Part shown: in pieces, positions 52,649-64,000 of the stretch
Position numbering within the stretch: the first letter of the stretch is position 1
Layout: each line of letters opens with the position of its first letter
Assembly: GCA_009914755.4 (NCBI GenBank)
Contig: CP068257.2
Coordinates: 39,968,001 to 40,032,000 of the forward strand
DNA from: the human T2T-CHM13v2.0 reference genome, Homo sapiens
Length of the DNA: 64,000 bases
Reading direction: 5' to 3'
Program-made: the position numbers and the translations under genes
Notes under the pieces: generated by a model
What the model was told of the DNA's origin: nothing
Database searches by the model: none
Seen by the model: the letters and a program-made list of their open reading frames with translations, nothing else

Positions 52649-54694
52649 CCACAGAGGAGAGCTGAGGCAGGTCTGGCATGGGGGCCCAGGCAGGACTGGA
52701 GGAGGGCAACAGCCAGTGGGGGCACTTGGAGAGGCCTTGCCCCCACACAGCAGGAGTGTGGGATGATGTTTAGGATCCTGGCAGTCCATGAGCTCTTGGA
52801 GGGAGGGTGGATTATGTCCTTTCCTGAGAGTGGGTAAGCGTGGAGGTGGCACCTCCCTGGCAGCAGTGAGCAGGGGCAGATGGGAAGATGTGTGGGAAAG
52901 GGTTGCTTTGCCGCTGTGCCTGCGGGGATACCAGGAGAGGAGTGGGGGGCAGTGGATGTTCCTGAGCTGGCCCTGCGGAAGAGGAGATGGGGTTACCGGA
53001 AGAATGTGTCTACCAGAGCTGCTGCATGAGGGCACAGGTGACCCTCTGGAAGAGACAAGGGACACCGGGTGTCCTGCCCTGAGGTTTGGGGGTGGGGCAT
53101 GATTCCACCTGTAACCACAGCGAACAAGAGAAATAGGCCCAGCTATGCAGCTGATGGCAGCTGGCACAGTGCCTGGCCTGAGGGAGGAGCTCCTTCAAGC
53201 AGTGGCTTGACTCATGACCTGGGAAGAGGCAGGGGGTGGGGGAGGCATCAAAATAGCGTTTCTGAGCTGCAGGGGGGCTTTGGTTTGTCCTGTGTCAGGA
53301 GTGCCAGAGGTGCTCTCTGGAGGATTGAGGCAGAGGCAGATGAGCGCCAGCCCGCATGGAGGCAACGTGTCTGGGGACACCCAGCGGACAGGGCAGCAGC
53401 CCTGATGCTTGGAGTCCTTGAGCAAACATCTCGATCCTGTGATGAGTGCACGACACCCAGTCTCTGTGTGGTTGATGGGGCTGGGTGGAGGCCAGGGTGG
53501 GTCTCACCTCCGGCTCACAATTGTTTGCCACTGACTTGTGAACACACCAGCAGTCAGGAGCCCCTTCAGGTGCTTTGGATTGAAGCTTAGACAATTCGCT
53601 CTCTTTAAGAAAAATAATATAAAGTCATTAAATCAAAGTAAGATACAAATATGAGTTCCTATTTAGAATGTGAATAAATCACCAGAAAGTGTTAGCGCCA
53701 TGGAGATTCAGGTCTCTTCCTCTGTCCTTCTGCAATCTCTTTTAAATAGATTGAATTCTGGCATCCTCTCCTCACCTACAACCCTCTATAGCTCCCAGAA
53801 GCTCTGGGTGCTCCCTGGGTTGGAGTAGATTGGGCCCCTGGAACTTCAGCTCATTCGCTTCCAGGTACAGCCCCTGCCACCTGCAAAGGGGAGGGTTATT
53901 TCAGGCCAGGTGTGGGTATCAAGGGCTGAGCTCCACTGTGGGCTCAGGCAGATCCTCTGTGCCAAGAGGTTTGGAGGCTCCTCCACCTGGGCACCAGGCC
54001 CAGCTGGAAGGCAGTGACCAACTTCCTCTTGCACCTGTCAGCCTTCACTTGCTCCCCTCAGACCTAACGCCAGAGAGGAGGACTCCCTCCAGCAGCAAAC
54101 ATGCAATTACGTCCCCTCCTTCTGACCTAGCTCAAGAACTCCACTGGCAGCTCATTAAGTCAGGGGCAGCTTGAAAGTCGCTGCTCTGAATGCCACAGTT
54201 TTATGTCACTTGTAAGAAGGGTTGGGGGCGGGTAATCACAGCCCTCTGCACCAGACGAAAGGTGCGCAGGGAAAGGGTAGGTGTAATTGGGGGCCCCTGC
54301 AGCTCCTCTCCACAGAGCAGAGTCACGCCCCAGGTTAGACTCTCCCCAGAACTGCTAGCCTGGCCGGGGCCTGCCAGTTGACTTGGGGAAAAGGCAGAGG
54401 TGGAGGCCTGGGAAACTGGGAGGCTGTGGGCCGCCATCCTCAGCTCCCCACCGCTCCTGAGCACCCCTTTCTCCGTCTGTCACTCTCCTCTCCTGCTCTG
54501 TGCCTGTACATCCAAGCCTGGGTCCTGTGTGGGCTGCTGGGGAAGAGGAAAGAGGGGCTCCTCCTTCTAAACACCCCACACGTAAGCGTGGCTGCTTTCA
54601 GTATTTCATTGAATTGCCTGCTACAGTGGGGATTTGGGCAGGATCCCAAATATCTTCCTTGTGTCCCAGAATCCTGTTCATTTTTCTATCTGTG

Positions 54695-55075
54695 CATCCA
54701 TCCACCCATGCGCCATCCATTATCCATTTGTCCATCCATCCATCCACTCACATTGATCCACCATCCATCACTCTTTCATCATCTGTCCATCCATCCACTC
54801 ATCTGTTCATACACCCTCTATCTATTTATCATCCCTCCATCCTTTCATCGTCCATTCACCATCCATCATTCATCTGTCACCCATCGGTCCATTATTCATC
54901 CATCATTAGCCCAACTGTCCATCCATCCATTCATCATCCACCCACCATCCATCACTCTCCATTATCTGTCCATCTGTTTATTCATCTCTCCATCTATTCA
55001 TCCTCCATCCATCCCTCTATCCATCTACCACCCATTCATTCATCATCCGTCCATCTCATGGAAAAGTCTTATGCA
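54695..55075. repeat. Compound (CATCC / CCAT / CATT)n minisatellite block 1, equivalent to (GGAT)n-derived on the minus strand
   Basis: ccatccacccatgcgccatccattatccatttgtccatccatccatccactcacattgatccaccatccatcactctttcatcatctgtccatccatccactcatc...ccatccatccctctatccatctaccacccattcattcatcatccgtccatct. It produces the 285 aa and 204 aa artefactual plus-strand ORFs rich in His/Pro/Ser/Ile. Confidence 0.9.
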
Positions 55076-56734
55076 CCTGCTAACATGCATGCCAGGAGCT
55101 GCGCTTGTCCCTGAAGCTACAGAGGCTTTTGAGACCAGGGTCTTGCCCCTCATGGTGCCACTGCTCTACTGGGGAAGCAGACAGAGCAGATTGAATGGGC
55201 CCAGCGACAGTCATGGGGCACAAGCGGTGCCATGATCCTGGAGCAGCCACTGAGCTGCCCCTCCTCCTTCCTTCTCCCGGCCTGTCTCTTAGCAGCCCTG
55301 CACTCAGAGTTGGGTGCACCCCCAACCCCACTGTCCCCTCCCCTGCTCCGCAGCCTGGGACCGGTTCCTGGGAACCTGCAGGTGGAGGACTCATGGCCCC
55401 AGGCAGGGTGATTACCCGCCTCACCCCTGCCAGTCTCCACAAGACTTCCCCTGAGGCCCAGCTCAAGAATGCACTGCATTTTTCTCATCTCAATAAAGGT
55501 ACAAAGGGTACTTCTGGAGCCAGGAAGCCAAGAAATCACGCCCTTTCAGGTGCATTCTTGGCTGCTGTGTTGAGGATTCTTTTTAGGGGGTTGGTAATGC
55601 TGCTTTATTGGATAATTTACCTCTTTGACTCAGGCCTGAGGAACGCCAGTCCGCCCCCTCCATCCTAACCTGCAGAACCCTCAGCCTGTGACTCTGGTAA
55701 CAAGGAGGACCTCAGTTAATCAAGGCAGGGAGGGATGTGGAAGAGCAGGTTGGGAAGAGGGAGGCCCACCCAGCAAGGGGGGCAGTGAGATAAGGAACTG
55801 AGACCCTGTGAAGCCAAGTGGCTTGAAGCAAAGTGGCTTGAAGCCCCACATGGTGATGGCAGAGAGAGTGCTCTCGGGGCTGCAGCAACTATTGATTTCA
55901 TCACTTTCCTTTGCAATGTTGGCTTGTGGACACACCAGCCAGGTGGCCTAAGGATAAACCTTGGCCTTCAAATCTTGAAATTCACCCTTTCCCAGTTCCA
56001 GCTTTGACACATTGAGTGACTTAGGGGGAGTCACTTGGCTTGCCCCAGTCTGGGCGTCCTTGTTTTGAAAATGAGTCGGTTACAGCTGTGAGCTCATAGT
56101 GTGTCGTGAGAACCGGTGACTTACTAATGCTTATGAATTCACGGTTGGGCTCTCTGAGAGCTCGGGCAGGGCACACCATACAAGGCACCAGGCCCTCGGG
56201 GCGGTGAGGAGGGAAGATCAGGGGAGGGAATGTTTCCCCTGTGTGCCCAGCCCCGTGCCCCTCTAGGGCCTGCTCCCAGTGCCCTGTGACCTTGGGCAAT
56301 AAATGTTGCTATTAATGGTACATCTGTCTTGCCTGCTGGAACGTCAAGCAGTTTCACAGCATCAATCAAAGGCTTTGAGCTTCTGGGAGAAGGCGCCAAG
56401 GAGCTCCAAGGTGTTATTAGAAGTAATTGGGTCTGCAATTGGGGAAACCTTCAAAGCTGCCAGACTTAGTTTACTTTACCCACTTTCTCTCTTTCACCTT
56501 TCTCCTCCCCCCACTACCTTGCTATTGCCCTCCTTTCCCTCTGCCTCCTCCAACAATTCTTTCTCATCCTGTCTCACCCGCAAGTTGCTCTCACACTTTC
56601 CCTGCCAGCGTAAGAACCACCCCCAGCCCCCACAGCCAATAGTCTGATTCTACAGTGATGGACCCTCAGACAACCAGGACTGGCAGGAACCCCGGAGAGC
56701 ATGGAATCCAAACCTCAAACCAGAGAGGTGAAGG

Positions 56735-57300
56735 TTGTCCATCCATCCATCCATCTATCCATCCATTCATCCATTCATCCACCCATTCATTCATCCATTT
56801 ATCATCCATCCATCTATCCATCTACCCACTCCATCATCCATCTTTTTGTCTATTTATCCATCATCCCTCTATATATCCATTCATACATCCATCCTCTCCA
56901 TTTATCATCCACTGATCAATCCACCATCCATCCATCCATTTATCCATTCATTCATCTACCCACTCATCCATCTATCCTTCCACCCACTCTACCATCCATC
57001 TTTTCATCTATCTATTCTTCCATCATCCTTCTATACATCCACCTGTCCATCATCCATCCACCAGCCAGCCACTCCATTCATCATCCATCCATCCATCCAT
57101 TCATCTACCCACTCCATCCACCATCCATTCATCTTCTCATCCACCCATCCATCATCCATCCATTCATCCACCCACTCCATCCATCCACTCATCCACCTGC
57201 TCCATCCATCCATCCACTCACCCATCCATCTATTCATTAATCCATTCATTCATGTATCTATCTACCCACTCATCCATTCATCCTTCCACCCACCATCCAG
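56735..57300. repeat. Compound (CATCC / CCAT / CATT)n minisatellite block 2 with about 150 bp higher-order repeats
   Basis: gtccatccatccatccatctatccatccattcatccattcatccacccattcattcatcc... The unit tccatctatccatctacccactccatcatccatctttttgtctatttatccatcatccctctatatatccattcatacatccatcc (about 56810-56900) recurs as tcatccatctatccttccacccactctaccatccatcttttcatctatctattcttccatcatccttctatacatccacctgtccatcatcc (about 56960-57050). Confidence 0.9.
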
Positions 57301-58091
57301 TGCTGACTCTGCCAGGCCTATGTTTCTTCTAAACATACCCAGATAAAGAATTTAGGCCTGCCTCTAAAGTCTAGTCAAGATGCAAAAAACAGGACTCCCC
57401 TGGTAGGACAAATGTGGGACAATGCCCTGGCTTCTTACAGGGAGCCCCTTATCCTGCCCTACACAGCCCTGTGGGGCCTTTCTTCATTCTCATTGCCCTG
57501 ACTCACACTCCATGTTGTTCCTCGCAGGGGTTGGGGTGAAGGGGCAGGGGGTTGACTCCAATGCTCCCCTCCCTGTTCTTCTGACCTCATGACTCCTGAA
57601 TGCTCTCTGCTGGGGAGATCATGTGCAGACAGGTAAATATGGGTCCTGGAGAAAGAATCAAAGGTGGGGGCAGTTTCATGAGAGGGAGGTCCAGCAAAGG
57701 GAGAGTAAGCAGAGAGGACCGCCAGCTCTGCTGGTCCCTCCTCTGCCCACAGTGGGTTCTGAGGACCCTCTGTCATCTTTGACACACATCAAAGTCCTGG
57801 GGAAGGCAACAAGTTCCCAGGGAGCAGGACCGCCCAGAGTGGCCCAGGCACTATCTGCATCAGAATCTGGAATCACAGAGGAGCTTGTTAAAAGCATGCA
57901 TATGTCTGGGCCCGGCCCCTTCGAATTAGGATCTAGGCCAGGCCCAGGAATCTGCATGTTAACAAATTCCCAATGTTCTTTGTACACAGTGTTTGAGAAC
58001 AGTGGCTCCAGAAGCTCAGTGTGTGGTTGAGGGTGGGATGTTCCCAAACACCCTGAAGCTGATAGTGCCACAGCCTTGCCTATGTGGCTGA

Positions 58092-59006
<915 letters not shown>

Positions 59007-59949
59007 TAATGTGCCATGCATACTCTAGACCCTGCGAAAGGACTCACCTCAAGGAATTCACATTCTCGACGGGGAGACAGACACAAAGAAATAAGCAGGT
59101 AAATCTGGGAAGCCTCCTATGGTAGTAAGTCCTTTGGAAAAGATGAAGCTGGGGAGAGAGATTGAGAGGGTCAGAATTTTAAATTGGGTATTCAGGTGAG
59201 ATTTGAGCAGAGGCCTAAAGAGGTGTGGGAACACCCCAAGCAGGTAGCTGGGAGAAAAGAAGGTTAGGCTGGGAGACCAGTAAGTGCAAAAGTCCTAAAG
59301 CAGGACTGTGCTTGTGGCGTTTGACAACAGCAAAAGGCATGTGACCTGAGGTCAGAGAAGAAGCAGAAATGACAAACTACCCCCACACTGCACAGCTGAA
59401 AACAACCCATTTTATTTCTTCATGAGTCTGCAATCTGGGCTGGGCTCGTCTGGGCAGCTCTTCTGCTGGTCTTGCTGGTGGCCCTCCATGTGGCTGCTGT
59501 TAGCTGGGATGTCAGCTGGGCTGGCCAGAATGGGGGTGCTGGGATGACTGGATTTCTCTCTCTATGTCTCTCCATGTGGTCCCAGGGCCTCTCTCCCTTC
59601 TGTGGCCTTTCTGTGTGTTCTCTCCATGAAACTTTTGGCAGGATAGCTGGCCTTCTTATGTGGTGGTTCAGAGCTCCCAAGAGTGCAAAAGTGGAGGCTG
59701 CCAAGTCTTCTCAAGGCTTAGGCCCATAAGTGGCACAGCACCACTTCTGCCACATTTAATTTATTAAAGTGAGTCCCAGGGTCCACCACATTTAGGGGGA
59801 GAGGACCGTGTAAGGGCATGAATGTTCAAGATGTGTGTTCTGCAGTGGGCAGGTCTATGCAAACCTACCTCCAAAGTCTGAGGAAGCTGAGAGGCTGAAG
59901 AAAGAGGCTGAAAAATCCAGTTTCTTAGAAAGAAATATTTATTTATTCA

Positions 59950-60100
59950 TTAATTTTTTTAGAGACAGGGTCTTGCTCTGTCACCCAGGCTGGAGTGTAG
60001 TGGCTCAATCATAGCTCACTGCCGAGTTAAACTCCTGGGCTCAAGCGATCCTCTAGCCTCCGCCTCCCTAGGAGCTGGGACTACAGGTGTGAGCCACCGT
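59950..60100 (-). mobile_element. Alu right-monomer element (FRAM-like, about 140 bp) with a T-rich tail and about 16 bp TSD agaaagaaa(t/c)attt
   Basis: tttttttagagacagggtcttgctctgtcacccaggctggagtgtagtggctcaatcatagctcactgccgagttaaactcctgggctcaagcgatcctctagcctccgcctccctaggagctgggactacaggtgtgagccaccgtgg. Direct repeats are at 59921-59936 and 60103-60118. Confidence 0.85.
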
Positions 60101-61334
60101 GGTAATCCAGAAAGAAACATTTAACAGGAACGTGTGAACAGAAGCCATGTCTATATCTCTGTCAGCAGCAAGACTAGACGGTGGATCCCCATTACTCCTC
60201 AGACTTACACAGTGCCAGAAGGAAGGTGTAGGACAATTGTAGGAAAATTTCACATATGCAAGAATGCTATGTGAATTTGCCTAAGGACAGGAGTTATGGT
60301 CAAGGTTGTTTTGACCTAAGGGTGAGATTTAAGTGGGTGCTCTTACACAACAAACAGCAGATAACTTAGAAATCATAGAGGCCTTCCGGAACTGGGGTCA
60401 ATTCAAAGTCAGCATGGTGGGTTGGCATCCAAGCTGGAGTTGCTTTCGCCTCCAAGTGTGGTTCCCGGGGGCCGGGAGCACAGATCACGGAGGGCAAGGC
60501 CCAGCAGCAGAGCCTTGCCTGGAGACCCGGTAGAAATGCCAGTTATCAGGCCCACCCCAGGCCTGCTGCCTCCGAACCACGCTGGCAGGGATTCTGGGGT
60601 TCCTCACGCTGCCAGCTCTCTGGCTCTCTACTGTTGAGAACAGTGAATATAGGGCTCTGTAGACTGTTGAAAGGACTTTGGCTCTTGCTTTGCATGAAGT
60701 TGGAAGCCACTGGAGAAATGGCTTAGAGCAGAGGTGTGCTCAGAGAATCCCTGTGAATGGAGCAGGGCACTCAAGACCAGGTGGGGGCTGTGGCCAGGAC
60801 ACAGGTGAGAGCCTGATGGAGACGTGGCCCAGGGTGGCGTGGAGGGGAGAGAGAGAGGTGCCTAGGTGGGGACAGTTGAAGTGGAGCCACTAGGAATTCC
60901 CAACACATTTGATATAGACTGTGAGGGGGGCCAAGGGTGCTGAGGCAGGATCATGCCTGCGATGTTCAGGAAACCGAGAACACTAACAGGCTAGAAGCAG
61001 TGCAGTGGAGAGACGGAGCAAGTGAAATGAGTGTTGCTTCCAGCTGTGAAGTTCCAGGGTGTTTGTCACCCCCTGGTCCCTCTCAGGCCTCAGCTGGACC
61101 AACCAGAAGAGTGGCATTTCCACTGCAGAGCTAAGGAGAAAGATTGCTGCAGGTGCGGGAGGCAGCCAGGAGCTCAGCTGGGATGAGTTCAATGTGGATG
61201 CTCTTAAGACACGAACAGCTACGCAAGTCGAGAGGTCTGGGGGAGCCATACAGCCATGGAGGTGGAGCGCTCTCCATCCTAGAGATGGGTCTATTTTGTA
61301 GTCAGCATCTAGGTACCTAAAGTCTTGGGACTAG

Positions 61335-61657
<323 letters not shown>

Positions 61658-63952
61658 TCCTAGTCGACTGGATGGATTTTCTAGGATGTGAGGGTGGAGA
61701 AAAGAAGAGGTGAGGGAGGCAGCAGAGATTGAAAAGGTGTGGGGGTAGAATGATGCCCTTGCTGAGGTTGAATTTTTTACAAGTTAAAAGTATGACTCTT
61801 ATGTAACAGGAGCATCTGTCAATGGTTTATGGAACTCAGTATGGAAGCCAGCATGGTGGCAGAGCTGGTTCAAAAAGTAGAAAAAGAATGAAAGACTACA
61901 GTCTCTGACAGAAGGCATGCTGGAAGGATGTTGCCAGATCACAGGGCCCTACGGTGCAATAAAACAGTCCCTGTTGGGTGATGATCTATTGTTCAGTAAG
62001 CTATCAGCATCTCGACAAGACAAATTCAACTGTATTGCCAGCAGATAGAGTCAGTTGCATCACTGTCCATTTTCTTCAAGTTAATATGAACCCTGGCAGA
62101 GATGTCAAATGTCCCATCAATGGAAAATAGTCAAAGCAAGAGGCCGTGCCCCTGAGATAACTAGCGGCCTCTGACATGCCACCACCGGTTCCTGAGAGCT
62201 TGTTAACAAGACAGTGTCTGACCTGAGATAAGGAGGTGACCATCGTTTCAAAACAGTTGAGAACTAACTCCTGCATGTTGGTTGTTGCTGTCACTAACTA
62301 TAGAAGAGAAATCCACGTGGGATCATCTAAACCTGGCAGAGGTTGCATGGCCAGAATGTGCTGGGTCACACTCAAACTCTGGTCTCTCTGACACCAAGGA
62401 CCACAGATGCTGAGTCCAGCCAGCACTTTCCAATGACCTCAGTCCCTCTCAGGACAGGCCCATCCAAGGAGGATTTGCCTCAAGGGGAAAGCAATGACTA
62501 GCCCAAAAAGAATGACCTGGCAGGGAAGTGCCTGGGCTGGGGGAGGCACTTCCAATACCCTCCCTAAAATGCAATTTTTATCCACTTTTCTTTGCACAAT
62601 ATTTATTATTTCCAAAGAGTGTCTAAAGACCGACTACAGAGGAGAGATTCCAGCCCCCTTCATGCTGCAGATTGTTAGAGCTAGGGCTGCACGTTCCCTG
62701 GGACAGGGACAGGCCCATGTTAGGGGGCTTCTTCTCACGGGGAGTGCCCTGAGTGTGGTGGATGCTAACATTTTGGGTAATAGAACAAGACACAGGCTTT
62801 CACTGAATCTGTCTTTTCAGCAAAGGTAAAAAAAAAAAAAAAAGGCAGAAAGGAAAGAAATCATCCTATGGGTACTGTGGGAGAGGGCCAGGAAGAGCCA
62901 GAGAAATCCACAAAGTTCAAAACGGCCAGACCCTATCAGGTTCCCCAGGGAGCCAGCAGCTTATCACAGCTTAGTCACAGGGTTGTGAGAAAACCCATGC
63001 CTCACTGGAAACCCCCCAAAGAACAATGACCCCCTTGATCCAAATCACGTCGTGGCCCCCGGAGTGCTCAGATCCTATCATCAGGAACACAATATCCCCA
63101 TTTCAGGGCCTCCGTCAGAAGGCTGGCCGGCACATCCGTGAGTCACAGAACGGAAAGGAAGGCAGCGCGCATGTTCATGGAAAGAAATCCTGTTTGTCTC
63201 TCTCCTTTCTTCTGATACAAATGCAGACAGTTTCCCAGTTGTCAAAATTGAACATGATACGAGGAAAATAGCTTGGTAAAAAACATGCATTAGTCATTCA
63301 GCAGTAAAATTTTCCAAGTTTTACTCATCTCATCATCTTGACCACTAAATGGACTTTCAACAGTGGATTTCTCTGAGAGTGGCACAAGTGTGTTAAGGAA
63401 TTGTCACAGGCATGGCGCCTGCTCTGAGCTCTGGGGGCTTAGACCCCTCAAAAGCTCACAGCCCCTGGAATTCACTAAGCTGCAGAGCACAGGGGCTACT
63501 AAATATTTCTCCAACTGGACAGACTTTCACGTGGGGATAGACAGGATTGAATTACCCAGATTCAGAGAAAAAGGGTCTATTATCTCATAGAACAGTCTGA
63601 AGTTCAACCAGGAAGCCATATTTTCCACTTAAAACCACAGGGCAGTTATCCAATCTCGGTGCAATTTCATCAGAGGAGAGGTGAGACTGTCGGGGGGCGG
63701 CAGGGCTGACTGGGAGGCTGTGGAGAGGGTGTGTTTAGGATGGGCAACCTTTCCTGTGGGCTAAGGTAGGAAAGCAGAAAACAGTTAGTGTGAGATTCTT
63801 GGTGTCCTCAAGAGCAGCCTGTGTAACAGAAAAGACCGTTCTTAGTTCCTTCACTTTTGATTAACATCGAAGGTATTGTTTCACATTTCTAATGTCTAGT
63901 TTTCCTTGGGTTTTTAATAGCACTTTCAGGGAGACTTAATTCAATTAATGTT

Positions 63953-64000
63953 TGGCCAGGGGAGGTGGCTCACGCCTCTAATTCCAGCACTTTGGGAGGT
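63953..64000 (+). mobile_element. Alu SINE 5' end, truncated by the window edge
   Basis: ggccaggggaggtggctcacgcctctaattccagcactttgggaggt. Confidence 0.9.

Noticed and set aside
54378-57346. 285 aa, 204 aa, 203 aa and 179 aa ORFs with [10 protein letters not shown]... repeats
   Set aside because: They are translations of the (CATCC/CCAT)n minisatellite blocks, i.e. low-complexity artefacts.

Overview
The window reads as human (or closely related hominoid) nuclear DNA, not prokaryotic. It is dense with primate-specific Alu SINEs (about 25 full or partial copies, several with clear target-site duplications), LINE-1 fragments, ERVL-MaLR solo LTRs (THE1/MST-like and MLT1-like), MIR fragments, and many micro- and minisatellites. 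No protein-coding exon can be supported from sequence alone. The long ORFs in the six-frame track are artefacts of simple repeats or lie inside transposon remnants. Family names, coordinates (about +/-10 bp) and subfamily ages are from memory of consensus sequences, not from RepeatMasker or BLAST. The most unusual signals are:
- a ~1.4 kb compound CA-rich macro-repeat (5329-6706);
- a 5'-intact, 3'-truncated L1 (7628-~11540, minus) ending at that repeat;
- nested young and old L1 3' ends with an Alu between them (16021-17109);
- two (GGAT)n-derived minisatellite blocks with higher-order structure (54695-57300);
- an Alu carrying a ~47 bp internal insert that recurs 3.9 kb away;
- a CpG-retaining, poly(A)-terminated, TSD-flanked ~500 bp insert (51153-51654) beside a CpG-enriched domain (to ~52260) that holds a candidate minus-strand first exon;
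- a second small CpG-dense block at 43700-44270.
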